From an uncultured Ruminococcus sp. (GTDB taxonomy: Bacteria > Bacillota > Clostridia > Oscillospirales > Ruminococcaceae), in the NCBI GenBank assembly GCA_964425035.1, contig CAYRLM010000001.1, positions 1 through 32,707 of the forward strand: a DNA stretch of 32,707 nucleotides, written 5' to 3'. Position 1 is the first letter of the stretch, and each line of letters starts with the position of its first letter. A program made the translations under genes and the position numbers. The notes beneath the pieces were generated by a model. That model searched no databases, had not been told where the DNA came from, and worked only from the letters and a program-made list of their open reading frames with translations. Positions 17,112 to 26,863 of the stretch are shown here, one piece after another.

Positions 17112-17827
17112 GCCCCGTCCTTTTCCAGACACATCAGGAACTCAACGTTCCCATCGCCGCCGGTTATCGGAGAGAGCGCCGAGCCTGTCACCGTAAATCC
17201 GCAGCCCTGCGCAAACCCGGCGATATCGTCCCTTATCCTCAGCCGCAGACGTTCGTCACGCACAACGCCCTTTTTGCCGAGATTGGCTTTCCCCGCTTCA
17301 AACTGCGGCTTTATCAGCACCACTGCCCTGCCGCCGCTTTTCAGCAGCCGATAAATATGCGGCAGTATCAGCTTCAGCGAAATGAACGAAACGTCCGTGC
17401 CGATGAAATCCGCCTGCGGCAGCTCCGCCGTACGTATATCCGTCTGTTCCATAGAAATCACACGGCTGTCGCTGCGCAGCTTGTCCGCAAGCTGGTTTCG
17501 CCCTACGTCCACGGCATACACTTTTGCCGCGCCGTAGCGGAGCATACAATCGGTGAAGCCGCCTGTCGATGAGCCTATGTCGATACATTCCGCCCCGGCG
17601 ATATCAAGCCCGAACCGCTCCAGCGCCGCCTCCAGCTTCAGACCGCCCCTGCCTACATACCGAAGCTGCTCTCCCGTTATCTCAACCCTGTCGGCTTCCG
17701 TTATCTCCTGAGAGGGCTTGCCGCAAACGCTTCCGTTGAGCGAAACTCCTCCGGACTTTATCAGCGCCTGCGCTGCCGTGCGGCTTTTGCACATGCCGTT
17801 TTCCGTTAAATAAACATCGAGCCGCAT
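17108..17827 (-). CDS. tlyA: TlyA-family rRNA methyltransferase
   Basis: S4 N-terminus, YVGRGGLKL, DIGSSTGGFTD, DVSFISL, LIKPQFEAG, GNVEFL. Confidence 0.96.
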   Translation of the reverse strand: MRLDVYLTENGMCKSRTAAQALIKSGGVSLNGSVCGKPSQEITEADRVEITGEQLRYVGRGGLKLEAALERFGLDIAGAECIDIGSSTGGFTDCMLRYGAAKVYAVDVGRNQLADKLRSDSRVISMEQTDIRTAELPQADFIGTDVSFISLKLILPHIYRLLKSGGRAVVLIKPQFEAGKANLGKKGVVRDERLRLRIRDDIAGFAQGCGFTVTGSALSPITGGDGNVEFLMCLEKDGA

Positions 17828-17832
17828 ATCCG

Positions 17833-19656
17833 TCAGCCCTCCGCAAGCCTTGCGGTCATAGCCGCACGGTCGAGCCCGAACAGCTCCAGCTGCTGCTGAA
17901 CCGTTCCTGCCGGAACAAATCTGCCGTCTGCGCCGACCGCTTCGTAGCTGCCCTTATAGCCATGCTCCAAAAGCGCAGCACCGAACTGCTCCGCAATGCC
18001 TCCTCGGATTATGCCCTCCTCAAAGAACACTATCCTGTCGTATTGCAGCGCCGTTTTCACCGCAAACTCCGGCAGCGGCGTTATCCTCACCAGCCTGAGC
18101 CAATCCACCGGAGCGCCCTTTACCGAGGCTGCCCGTGCAGCGGCGGCGGCTTCTGCGGAAAGTCTGCCGTAGCTTATCGCCAGAATATTGCCGTGTTTGC
18201 CTGAATACTCCAGCTCAGCAGACGGCTGCACGGCAGACGCAGGTTCGTTTCCCTTGGGGTATCTCACGGCTGCAACTCCGCTCGTATCATACAAAGCCTT
18301 GGAAAGGCACAGCCGCAGCTCCTCGAAGCTTGCGGGGGAATACACCGTGGTATTCGGTATCATTGACAGCATGGAAACGTCAAAAATCCCCTGATGTGTT
18401 TCACCGTCCTCTCCGGTAAACCCGGCACGGTCTATGGCAAGCGTCACATGGGTATTCTCTATCGCACAGTCATGCACCACCTGATCAAAGCCACGCTGGA
18501 GAAACGTTGAGTACACTGCGAACACAGGGAGCATTCCCTCCACCGCAAGTCCGGCAGCGAATGTCACCGCATGCTGCTCCGCAATGCCGACATCAAAATA
18601 CCGCTCGCCGCAGGAATTGCAGAAATAGTTCATTCCGGTGGCATACTTCATTGCGGCGGTAATGCCGCAAATTCGGCTGTCGGTCTTTCCGAGCCGCTCG
18701 AACTCCCTGCCGAATACCTCGCTGAACGACGCTGCGGCAGACGCCGAGAGTTTCCCCGACACGGCGTGATACTCTCCGGGATTGTCCTCCGCAGGCCGCC
18801 AGCCCTTTCCCTTTGTGGTGAAAACGTGTACCACGCAGGGTCTGCGCATAAGCTTTGCCACGGACAGCGCTTCTATCAGTGCTTCCAGATCATGACCGTT
18901 CACAGGGCCTATGTACTGAAAGCCGAAATTCTCGAACATGTTGCTGCTGTCGTAAATGGCGTCCTTAAGCAGACCCTTTGCGGTGCGCAGCGTCCTTTCC
19001 AGCTTATCGCCCACCAGAGGGACTGCGGATACCACCGACTTGACATGCTCCTTGGCGCAGTAATATTTCCTAGTGGAACGGATATGCGCAAGATACCTCG
19101 CCAGCGCACCTGTGCTCTTTGAAATGGACATACCGTTGTCATTCAGCACCACTACCAGCGGTGCAAGGCTTTTTCCTGCGTTGTTAAGACCCTCGTACGC
19201 CATTCCCCCGGTCATGGCGCCGTCGCCTATCACCGCCGCAACGCTGCCATGCCTGCCCTGAAGCCGCATAGCGCTTGCAATGCCGTATGCAGCAGATATC
19301 GACGTACTGCTGTGACCGGAGATAAATGCGTCCGCCTGCGACTCGCTGCGGCGTGTGAAGCCTGATATGCCGTTTCTGCTGCGCAGCGTAGAAAACTCGG
19401 AATACCGCCCTGTCAGCAGCTTATGCGCATAAGCCTGATGACCGACGTCCCATACTATGCGGTCGGTCTTTACATCAAAAACAAAATGCAGCGCCGTTGT
19501 CAGCTCCACCGTACCGAGATTGGAGGACAGGTGTCCTCCCGTTTCGTTTACCGTGGTCAGAATACAGCGGCGCATCTCCCGGCAGAGCTGTTTCAGCTCA
19601 GGCAGGGTCATATTTGAAATCTTTTCGTGATCTATATCGTTATCAAGTATCATCAT
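17833..19656 (-). CDS. dxs: 1-deoxy-D-xylulose-5-phosphate synthase
   Basis: GGHLSSNLG, WDVGHQAY, GDGAMTGG..NDN, GIAEQH, DRAG..GEDGETHQG. Confidence 0.97.
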   Translation of the reverse strand: MMILDNDIDHEKISNMTLPELKQLCREMRRCILTTVNETGGHLSSNLGTVELTTALHFVFDVKTDRIVWDVGHQAYAHKLLTGRYSEFSTLRSRNGISGFTRRSESQADAFISGHSSTSISAAYGIASAMRLQGRHGSVAAVIGDGAMTGGMAYEGLNNAGKSLAPLVVVLNDNGMSISKSTGALARYLAHIRSTRKYYCAKEHVKSVVSAVPLVGDKLERTLRTAKGLLKDAIYDSSNMFENFGFQYIGPVNGHDLEALIEALSVAKLMRRPCVVHVFTTKGKGWRPAEDNPGEYHAVSGKLSASAAASFSEVFGREFERLGKTDSRICGITAAMKYATGMNYFCNSCGERYFDVGIAEQHAVTFAAGLAVEGMLPVFAVYSTFLQRGFDQVVHDCAIENTHVTLAIDRAGFTGEDGETHQGIFDVSMLSMIPNTTVYSPASFEELRLCLSKALYDTSGVAAVRYPKGNEPASAVQPSAELEYSGKHGNILAISYGRLSAEAAAAARAASVKGAPVDWLRLVRITPLPEFAVKTALQYDRIVFFEEGIIRGGIAEQFGAALLEHGYKGSYEAVGADGRFVPAGTVQQQLELFGLDRAAMTARLAEG

Positions 19657-19689
19657 TGCCTCCGACAGGCTTTTTATTTGGCGGCAGCT

Positions 19690-20187
19690 TTACTGCGGCA
19701 GCGGAAATACCATTGCGATAATTATTCCCAGCAGCGCACCTGCCAACACCTCAATGGGCTTGTGACCCAGAAATTCCTTGAATTCCTTGCGGTCGGACAT
19801 TTCGTCAAGCTTCTCGTCCTTCTGCTCCTCGCCGCCAAGACGGGATATTTCGTCGTCCATCTCATCGATTACCTTGCGCAGACGGTTCAGCTCCTTGCCG
19901 TGAAGTCCCGCATTGTACCTAACGCTGAGTGCGTCGTAGATAACCACGCCCAGCATCATCATAGACAGCGCAAACGTGGTGCTGCCGAAGCCCTCCAGCC
20001 GCAGAAGATACAGCGAAACAGACACAACCATCGCCGAATGTGACGAGGGCATTCCGCCCGCACCGGTAATACGTTCGGGATTAAAAGTCTTTTGCTTTAT
20101 CGCATAGAGGGCGGTTTTGATTATCTGCGCTGAAATAAACGACATCAGCCCGACCGTTATAGTCGGATTAGCCATAAATATATTCAT
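19690..20187 (-). CDS. Divergent PAP2 (DUF212) membrane protein
   Basis: GGMPSSHSA, YDA..VR..AG, LGHKP.EV..G; usual position between ispA and dxs. Confidence 0.9.
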   Translation of the reverse strand: MNIFMANPTITVGLMSFISAQIIKTALYAIKQKTFNPERITGAGGMPSSHSAMVVSVSLYLLRLEGFGSTTFALSMMMLGVVIYDALSVRYNAGLHGKELNRLRKVIDEMDDEISRLGGEEQKDEKLDEMSDRKEFKEFLGHKPIEVLAGALLGIIIAMVFPLPQ

Positions 20188-20209
20188 GTATCAAATTTCC
20201 TTCCGGCAA

Positions 20210-21106
20210 TCAGTATTTTCTGTCCAGCAGCATCTGCGTCAGCCCGGTCAGGAACTCCCTGTCCCCGAACGCCTCCAGCGCCTGAACCGCCTCTTGAGTA
20301 AGGCGTGAGGCTTCGTCCCTTGCGCGGTCAATTCCCACCGCAGCGGCATATGTGTATTTGCCGCTTTCGGCATCGCTGCCCACCGGCTTTCCGAGCAGAC
20401 CCTCATCAGCGGTTATGTCAAGGATATCGTCAATTATCTGGAACGCCAGACCCAGCTTCTTCGCATAGGTTCCCGCCGCCAATTGCAGCTCCGCACCGCC
20501 GCCTGCCGCAATAACTCCGGCACGGCAGCAAAATTCCAGCAGAGCGCCGGTTTTCATGCGGTACATTTCAAGAATGACATTCTCCGGGAGCTTCCTGCCC
20601 TCGTTCTCGGTGTCGATGACTTGTCCGCCTATCATTCCGTAAATGCCCGCCTGCTCACCCAGAAGCGCCGTGATTTTCAGAGCCGCCGTCTGCGTAAGAG
20701 TACCCTTGAGTCCCGCCTCGGCGATTATCTGCGACGGAAGTATCGCCAATGCATCCCCGGCAAGAAGCGCATTCGCTTCCCCGAACGCCTTGTGGCAGCT
20801 CGGCTTTCCTCTGCGCAGGTCGTCGTTATCCATGCAGGGCAGGTCGTCGTGTATCAGCGAGAAGGTGTGCATCATCTCTATGGCACAAGCCACCGGAAGC
20901 GCCGTTTCCGGCTCTCCGCCGCATACACGGCAGAACTCCATGACCAGTGCAGGGCGCAGCCGTTTTCCCCCCGCGGTAATGCTGTGCCTTGCCGCAAGTA
21001 TCACGTTTTTTTGCAGACATTCACGCTCCGGCAGATATCGCTCCAATGCACGCTCGGTCATCTCCGCATAATCGTGCAGCTGTTCCTTTACAGTTTCCTT
21101 ATCCAA
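20210..21106 (-). CDS. ispA: Farnesyl diphosphate synthase
   Basis: GGKRLRP, LIHDDLPCMDNDDLRRGKP, FQIIDDILD. Confidence 0.96.
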   Translation of the reverse strand: MDKETVKEQLHDYAEMTERALERYLPERECLQKNVILAARHSITAGGKRLRPALVMEFCRVCGGEPETALPVACAIEMMHTFSLIHDDLPCMDNDDLRRGKPSCHKAFGEANALLAGDALAILPSQIIAEAGLKGTLTQTAALKITALLGEQAGIYGMIGGQVIDTENEGRKLPENVILEMYRMKTGALLEFCCRAGVIAAGGGAELQLAAGTYAKKLGLAFQIIDDILDITADEGLLGKPVGSDAESGKYTYAAAVGIDRARDEASRLTQEAVQALEAFGDREFLTGLTQMLLDRKY

Positions 21107-21121
21107 CTCAAACCCTCCGGG

Positions 21122-21301
21122 TCACTCCGCAGCCTCAAGCTTCTCGATTTGAAGCCGTGCATTACGAATATACTCGCCGCACTCCTTTGTGAGCTGCGCA
21201 GCCTCGGCGTACAGCTTCATGGAGTCCTCCAGGGAAAGCTCGCCGCCGCTCATTTTCGAGGATATTTCGGCAAGTCTGCCCATTGCTTTTTCAAAGTCCA
21301 T
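21122..21301 (-). CDS. xseB: Exonuclease VII small subunit
   Basis: Below the ORF-track cutoff. Manual translation MDFEKAMGRLAEISSKMSGGELSLEDSMKLYAEAAQLTKECGEYIRNARLQIEKLEAAE*. Confidence 0.93.
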   Translation of the reverse strand: MDFEKAMGRLAEISSKMSGGELSLEDSMKLYAEAAQLTKECGEYIRNARLQIEKLEAAE

Positions 21302-21304
21302 ATT

Positions 21305-22513
21305 TTACCTCTGTGTTGATATTTCGACAACCGACGCTCTCACCGAGCCTTCCGCCAGCTTCACGCTTATCTCGTCGCCGCATTTCAGCTGAGCTGCGCT
21401 GGTGACTACTCCCGCGGCGCTTGTGGTGAGGGAATACCCCCTCGCCAGAACTCCCAGCGGGTCAAGCGCCGAGATAAGCTCCGCATTGGCTCTCAGCGAC
21501 TGCTCCGCACGGTCAAGGCGGTCGTGCATTCCGGTATGTATTCTCGCAGTAAGCTCGTCAAGACGCTGCTCTGCGTTATTCAGGCGGCTTCTCGGCGATA
21601 ATGCGGCGATAAGCGCCATCTGCGCTTCCAATTCCCTGCTGCGCTCGGACAGATGCCTCAGCACTGCGGAACGTATCTGCTCCATCGTACCGTCTATCGC
21701 CGCAGAAATTACGCTCAGCTCAGGCACTGCCAGTTCTGCGGCAGCGGAGGGCGTAGGCGCTCTCATATCCGCCGTAAGGTCGGCTATGCTGAAATCGGTT
21801 TCATGTCCGACCGCAGAAACGGTCGGTATCCTGCTGGCATAAACAGCCCTTGCGACCGCCTCAGAATTGAATGCGCTCAAATCCTCTGCGGAACCTCCGC
21901 CCCTGCCGAAAATTATGACGTCCGCGTCGGTATCCTGCGCACGCCGAAGCGCAGCCGCAACGGAAATGTCAGCACCGTCGCCCTGAACCTTTGCAGGAAT
22001 AACTATAAGCTTCACCACCGGACAGCGCCGTGAAATAATATTTATGACGTCCTGCAGCGCAGCGCCTCCTGCGGAGGTTATGACCGCAACGCATTTCGGC
22101 AGCTTCGGGAGGGGTCTTTTCCGCTCAAACAGCCCCTCCGACGCCAGCCTTTTTTTCAACTCCTCAAGCGCCCTCGCCTGTTCGCCTGCGCCATCTGGCT
22201 GCATATCCGTGCAGTTTATCTGGTAAACGCCGTTCGGCTCATAGACGGTTACAGCGCCGAAGCACACCACCTTGTCGCCGTTGTCCGGGTCGAAATCAAG
22301 GTGCGCCGCATTCCCGGCGAACATCACCGCTTTAAGCTGCGTCTGCTCGTCCTTCAGCGTAAAATACAGATGCCCGGTTTTGTAATGACGGGTGAAGTTG
22401 GATATCTCCCCGCGAACCGCCACATCGGCAAGCCGCCTGTCGCCCTTTATGAGCATACCCACCACACGGTTCACCTGCGTAACCGAAACAATCGGCGGCT
22501 TAGTCCCGATCAT
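21305..22513 (-). CDS. xseA: Exonuclease VII large subunit
   Basis: GEISN..GHLYFTLKD, RGGGSAEDL, SAVGHETD, APTPSAAAE. Confidence 0.97.
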   Translation of the reverse strand: MIGTKPPIVSVTQVNRVVGMLIKGDRRLADVAVRGEISNFTRHYKTGHLYFTLKDEQTQLKAVMFAGNAAHLDFDPDNGDKVVCFGAVTVYEPNGVYQINCTDMQPDGAGEQARALEELKKRLASEGLFERKRPLPKLPKCVAVITSAGGAALQDVINIISRRCPVVKLIVIPAKVQGDGADISVAAALRRAQDTDADVIIFGRGGGSAEDLSAFNSEAVARAVYASRIPTVSAVGHETDFSIADLTADMRAPTPSAAAELAVPELSVISAAIDGTMEQIRSAVLRHLSERSRELEAQMALIAALSPRSRLNNAEQRLDELTARIHTGMHDRLDRAEQSLRANAELISALDPLGVLARGYSLTTSAAGVVTSAAQLKCGDEISVKLAEGSVRASVVEISTQR

Positions 22514-22916
22514 TCTCTATCTCCTCAAGACAGGAGTTCAGCACGCCGTTGATAAAGCTGCAATCCTGCTTGTAGGCGTATTTCTTTCCAAGCTCCACAG
22601 CCTCGTTTATGGCGGCTGCGCCCGGCACCTTGTCGTTGTATTTCATCTCGTATATTGCAATCTTCATCAGCACAAGGTTTACCTTTGATATGCGAGAAAC
22701 GGATCTTGTGGTGCTGTACTTTGCGATGTATGCCGTAAGCTCCTCGTCGTGGGACATCACGCCCTTGACGATGGAGTCTGTTTCATGGTTTCTGGCAAGT
22801 CCCATGGACTCCTCGTCCGCCTCGATTATCTCGTTCAGCTCCTGCCCGAACATCAGCTGATAAAGTATGATAAATGCGCCCTCACGCACCTCTCGTCTGG
22901 TAAGCTTTTCTTCCAT
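22500..22916 (-). CDS. nusB: Antitermination factor NusB
   Basis: TRREVRE, AINEAVELGKKY, FINGVL. Start 22916 follows an AGGAGA RBS. Confidence 0.95.
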   Translation of the reverse strand: MEEKLTRREVREGAFIILYQLMFGQELNEIIEADEESMGLARNHETDSIVKGVMSHDEELTAYIAKYSTTRSVSRISKVNLVLMKIAIYEMKYNDKVPGAAAINEAVELGKKYAYKQDCSFINGVLNSCLEEIENDRD

Positions 22917-22933
22917 ATTATCTCCTGCGGCGC

Positions 22934-23284
22934 TCATTCTGCGCTCTCCTTGAATTTTATGCCTGCCACGTTCACGTCCACTCTTGTCACGGTGAAGTTT
23001 GTCATGCTCTGTATGGCGGATTTTATGCTCTTCTGCACATTCTCGGCAACGGCTACCGCATTGTAGCCCTCAAGCACTACGATGTCGGCCCTTATCTCGG
23101 CGGTATCTGCGCCCAGCCTTGCCCTGACAGGCCCCAGAACCTTTGATTTTGTATTGGACGGCACGGGAGTCTGTCCGTGACAGTAAACTCCCTCGATTTC
23201 CGCTGCCGCAAGCTCCGCCATTTTGATTATAACGCTGTCGGAAACCTTTATGCTCCCGACCGGCTTGTTTGATCTCTTTTCCAT
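22934..23284 (-). CDS. Asp23/Gls24 family protein (YqhY-like)
   Basis: GSIKVSDSVI..A..EIEGV...VAENVQKSIKSAIQSMT..V.RVDVNVAG; upstream of nusB. Confidence 0.9.
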   Translation of the reverse strand: MEKRSNKPVGSIKVSDSVIIKMAELAAAEIEGVYCHGQTPVPSNTKSKVLGPVRARLGADTAEIRADIVVLEGYNAVAVAENVQKSIKSAIQSMTNFTVTRVDVNVAGIKFKESAE

Positions 23285-23327
23285 ATTTACCTCCTGTTAG
23301 TTTCGGGGTACACAATATATCTATTTT

Positions 23328-23356
23328 AGTATACCACACTTTTGTTTTTTGTTCAA
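23328..23356 (-). promoter_or_regulatory. sigmaA promoter of the asp23-nusB-...-recN operon
   Basis: TTGAAC-17 bp-TATACT with TG extension. Confidence 0.7.
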
Positions 23357-23440
23357 GTGTTTTTTTACAATTATGCAATATTACTTTATCGGGTAAAACG
23401 GTGCCGCAAGCCATTTTCTGTCAATCCGTTCTTTTCTCGG

Positions 23441-25012
23441 CTACATCATCGGCGCAAAAAGCCGCAGCACCGCTCTGCCTATTCGCCTGAAAACGCTGAT
23501 ATTCAGGCAGTCGGAGTAGGTTATTTCCCGACACTGCTTCAGCGTTTCGAGATAATCCTGCTTGATGTCCGCAATACAGCCGCATTTGTACATCCATGCC
23601 GCACATTCAAAGTGAAGATAAAGACTGCGGAAATCAAGGTTAATCGTTCCCACAACCGCCGTCTTGTCGTCTGATACAAAATTCTTTGCGTGTATGAAGC
23701 CGGGGGTGTATTCGTAAATCTTCACGCCGTACCGCAGCAGCTTGCGGTAATGTGCGCGAGTGACCGCAAACACCGCCTTTTTGTCGGGAATATGCGGCGT
23801 GATTATGCGCACGTCTACCCCGCTCTTCGCCGCAAGCACCAGCGCTGTCTGCATTTCGTTGTCAATGATAAGATACGGTGTGGTGATATATACATATTCC
23901 TCGGCGCTGTTGATTATATTCAGGTACACGTTTTCACCCACCGGCTCGTCGTCCAGAGGGCTGTCCGTGAACGGAACCGCCGTGCCGCCGCAATCCGTCT
24001 GCGCCGTATTTCCGCCTTGAAGCTCCGCCGTTTCCTCGGGTATCGGCCGAAATTTATCGATATCCTCCATATGGTTTCCGGTGAGGTAATTCCACATGGA
24101 AAGAAACATCACCGTGAAGCTCCACACGCCCTCTCCCCGCAGCATAACCGCACTGTCCTTCCAGTGACCGTATTTCTGCTTTTCGTTGATGTATTCGTCG
24201 GCGAGATTTATGCCGCCGGTGAATGCCGTGTGACCGTCTATCACAAGTATTTTGCGGTGGTCGCGGTTGTTCATTTTCGCAGACCACACCGGGCGGAACG
24301 GGTTAAATACGCAGCACCTTATTCCACGGCGCTCCAGCTCCTCGTTGTATTTGTATGGAAGCGTCAGCAGACAGCCGATATCATCATATATCAGCCTTAC
24401 GTCCACGCCCTCCCCCGCCTTGCGCTCAAGTATCTCAAGTATCGTATCCCACATTTTTCCTTCGGATATGATGAAATACTCAAGGAAAATAAACCTCCGG
24501 GCGCTCTCAAGCTGCTTAATCATCGCTGCGAATTTAGCCTCGCCGCTCGGGAAATATTCCGTGCCGGTATTGCCGTAAGCCGGGTAGCCCGCATAATTGT
24601 ACAGATACTTCGCCTGCTTTTCCGCAGCGGGGTTCTCGCAATGAAGCCTGCTCATCAGCTCGTTGTCCTGCGGAAGCAGCAGCCTTGCTTCGTCGTTGTA
24701 CTGCATCATTCTTTTGCGTATTCTGTCGCCGGAGTGGTTATTCCCGAAGAAAACGTAGAACATCACGCCGAATATCGGAAAGGACAATATCACAAATATC
24801 CATGCCAGCTTGTACGAGGGATTTATATCCGTATTGTAGATATAAAGCGACAAAACAGCACCTAATCCGATAAAAACGAGATAGGAGTAGGTGTAAAGAG
24901 TGCCGAATGTAAGAAATATGAAAATCAGATAGGATATTTGTATCAGTATCCCCAGAATGCACACGACGGTGCGGTTGAATATCTTTTTTAGGATCTTTGT
25001 GAGAAAATGCAT
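23441..25012 (-). CDS. cls: Cardiolipin synthase
   Basis: N-terminal TM helices and two HKD motifs (HRKILVIDG, HAKNFVSD). Confidence 0.95.
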   Translation of the reverse strand: MHFLTKILKKIFNRTVVCILGILIQISYLIFIFLTFGTLYTYSYLVFIGLGAVLSLYIYNTDINPSYKLAWIFVILSFPIFGVMFYVFFGNNHSGDRIRKRMMQYNDEARLLLPQDNELMSRLHCENPAAEKQAKYLYNYAGYPAYGNTGTEYFPSGEAKFAAMIKQLESARRFIFLEYFIISEGKMWDTILEILERKAGEGVDVRLIYDDIGCLLTLPYKYNEELERRGIRCCVFNPFRPVWSAKMNNRDHRKILVIDGHTAFTGGINLADEYINEKQKYGHWKDSAVMLRGEGVWSFTVMFLSMWNYLTGNHMEDIDKFRPIPEETAELQGGNTAQTDCGGTAVPFTDSPLDDEPVGENVYLNIINSAEEYVYITTPYLIIDNEMQTALVLAAKSGVDVRIITPHIPDKKAVFAVTRAHYRKLLRYGVKIYEYTPGFIHAKNFVSDDKTAVVGTINLDFRSLYLHFECAAWMYKCGCIADIKQDYLETLKQCREITYSDCLNISVFRRIGRAVLRLFAPMM

Positions 25013-25032
25013 GAGCGCTCCTTGAAAATATC

Positions 25033-25060
25033 AAAAAGGCGGCAGGAATTTCCCGCCGCC
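25033..25060 (-). terminator. Terminator after divIC
   Basis: GGCGGC/GCCGCC stem plus T5 on the minus strand. Confidence 0.7.
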
Positions 25061-25069
25061 GCTGTTTTA

Positions 25070-25402
25070 TCAATTGCCTGAATCCGGCACGATGTAGTAT
25101 ACGCGCTCGTCCGGGCGTGCGTAATCAAGCTTGTCGCGAGCCATATTCTCGATATACTCGCTCATATCCGCATCCTCGTCAAGATAGCGCCTTATTTCAT
25201 CGTTAGAGTCCTGAACGGCGGAGGTCTGCGCAACAAGGCTGTCATACTGCGCCTTGTACTCGCTTATCTTCATGTTGGAGGAAACAATTGACGCAACAAC
25301 AAACACCGCTACAACAACAACAGCCGAAAAAGCAATAAATCGAACAAATCCCCCCCGCTTCTTAGGGGTTGACGCCTCGTCTGACCTGAGCCTTAATGAC
25401 AT
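25070..25402 (-). CDS. divIC: Septum formation initiator DivIC/FtsB
   Basis: Basic N-terminus, TM segment, coiled coil, EYIENMARDKLDYARPDERVY. Start is ATG 25402 or GTG 25414. Confidence 0.9.
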   Translation of the reverse strand: MSLRLRSDEASTPKKRGGFVRFIAFSAVVVVAVFVVASIVSSNMKISEYKAQYDSLVAQTSAVQDSNDEIRRYLDEDADMSEYIENMARDKLDYARPDERVYYIVPDSGN

Positions 25403-25913
25403 GAACCGTTTCACTTCCTCCGTTAGTATCTATGTGACATCTATTATTATACCCTATTTCGGGTGATTTTTTCAAGGGCTTGAGCAGCTTTTTTATATGC
25501 GTTGAGTAAATTTTGGCGATGTTCACAAACAAGGCTGACAGTGCTTGTGCAATTTTTCCAAAAAACTTTGAGGCCATACGCCCCAATGCGCCGAATATTC
25601 CCGCAAGAACGGTGCGAACTGCGTTTGCTATGGAATTTTCGAGGATATTGAGCAGTCTGCCGACAGTGGTTATATATGCGAATACACCTGCGCCGAAACC
25701 CATGACCGCAGACCAACGAATATAATTTCCAAGCGCCAGCGAAAGCTTTGTCACGACCACCGCCGCCAGCAAAAAAAACGCAGCGTCGCACAGGAATATC
25801 ACCGCCCTGAACGGCAGAATTACCCGTACTATCCTGAGCGCTTCATACACCAGCGCAAAAACAAGCCCGGCAGCGAACGCAGCCATAAAGCATTCCGGTA
25901 CCGAATAGCTCAC
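25362..25913 (-). CDS. yabQ: Spore cortex biosynthesis protein YabQ
   Basis: G..YEALR..R, D..F and G..R membrane pattern; position between yabP and divIC. Confidence 0.85.
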   Translation of the reverse strand: MSYSVPECFMAAFAAGLVFALVYEALRIVRVILPFRAVIFLCDAAFFLLAAVVVTKLSLALGNYIRWSAVMGFGAGVFAYITTVGRLLNILENSIANAVRTVLAGIFGALGRMASKFFGKIAQALSALFVNIAKIYSTHIKKLLKPLKKSPEIGYNNRCHIDTNGGSETVHVIKAQVRRGVNP

Positions 25914-26170
25914 CTGAACAGCCTCCCGATCATATTTTCGCGGCTGCTGAAGCTGCTGTAAAGCAGGCTTCTCACCCTGCCCGTCATGGAGAAATCTCCG
26001 GTTTCGGGATCCAACCCGATAACGTGCAGCTCCTCCCCCTTGACCGTAAGCTCGCCCATAGACGTGTCCAGAATTATTTTCGTGTCCGAAAAGCTGCCGA
26101 TGTCCTTTACGCCGGATATCCGCAGACGGCTGCGTTCCTCAAGAATAAGAGTATGTGTTTCGTTGCTCAT
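25910..26170 (-). CDS. yabP: Sporulation protein YabP
   Basis: HTLILEERSRLRISGVKDIGSF...TSMGELTVKGEEL...RLFR. Confidence 0.93.
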   Translation of the reverse strand: MSNETHTLILEERSRLRISGVKDIGSFSDTKIILDTSMGELTVKGEELHVIGLDPETGDFSMTGRVRSLLYSSFSSRENMIGRLFR

Positions 26171-26195
26171 AGCGCACCTCCTGCCGCATTTGTAA

Positions 26196-26224
26196 AATAT
26201 ATGCGGAAAGCGATGCGAATATGA
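26196..26224 (-). promoter_or_regulatory. sigmaE-type promoter of yabPQ
   Basis: TCATATT-14 bp-CATATATT on the minus strand. Confidence 0.65.
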
Positions 26225-26227
26225 CAG

Positions 26228-26470
26228 TTACTGAACCACCTCATAGAGGGCGGCTGCGTCCTCCTTCTTGGTGAATTCCCTGACGTCCAGCACCTTTACG
26301 CGAAGCGGCTTTGCTCCGATATTTATCTCGATGATGTCGCCCTCCTTGACGTCGTAGGAGGCACGGGCGGGCTTTCCGTTTACCGAAACCTTTTCCGCGT
26401 CGCACGCCTCGTTGGCCACGGTGCGGCGCTTGATGAGTCTTGATACTTTCAGATACTTGTCTAATCTCAT
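26228..26470 (-). CDS. yabO: S4-domain RNA-binding protein YabO/RqcP
   Basis: MRLDKYLKVSRLIKRRTVANEACD; GGAGG RBS before ATG 26470. Confidence 0.93.
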   Translation of the reverse strand: MRLDKYLKVSRLIKRRTVANEACDAEKVSVNGKPARASYDVKEGDIIEINIGAKPLRVKVLDVREFTKKEDAAALYEVVQ

Positions 26471-26491
26471 AAAAAACCTCCCGAAACAATA

Positions 26492-26518
26492 AGCGGCAGG
26501 CAAAAGCTGCCCGCCGCT
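26492..26518 (-). terminator. Terminator after hup
   Basis: AGCGGCGGGCA/TGCCTGCCGCT stem followed by TATTGTTT on the minus strand. Confidence 0.65.
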
Positions 26519-26550
26519 CGGTTTCTTCTTATGCCGTTAAAACGCAGAAA

Positions 26551-26826
26551 TTACTTGCTTACAGCATCCTTGAGAGCTCTGCCTGCCTTGAATGCAGGAA
26601 CCTTTGTAGCAGCGATCTCGATCTTTTCCTTTGTTCTGGGGTTGATACCCTCTCTTGCTGCACGCTCGCGTACCTCAAATGTACCGAAGCCAACCAGCTG
26701 AATGGACTCGCCCTTTGCCAGTGTATCAGTTACAGTCTCGATGAAAGCTGCAAGTGCCTTCTCGGAATCCTTCTTGGTAAGACCGGACTTCTCTGCTAAA
26801 GATGTTACTAACTCTGCCTTTGTCAT
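26551..26826 (-). CDS. hup: DNA-binding protein HU
   Basis: MTKAELV...[22 protein letters not shown]...VPAFKAG. Confidence 0.97.
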   Translation of the reverse strand: MTKAELVTSLAEKSGLTKKDSEKALAAFIETVTDTLAKGESIQLVGFGTFEVRERAAREGINPRTKEKIEIAATKVPAFKAGRALKDAVSK

Positions 26827-26863
26827 AAGTTTAACCTCCAAAAATATTTTTATAATCTAACGG

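Noticed and set aside
17108-17827. tlyA as a haemolysin/virulence gene
   Set aside because: Sits in its standard dxs-tlyA-nadK housekeeping context; the rRNA methyltransferase call is sufficient.
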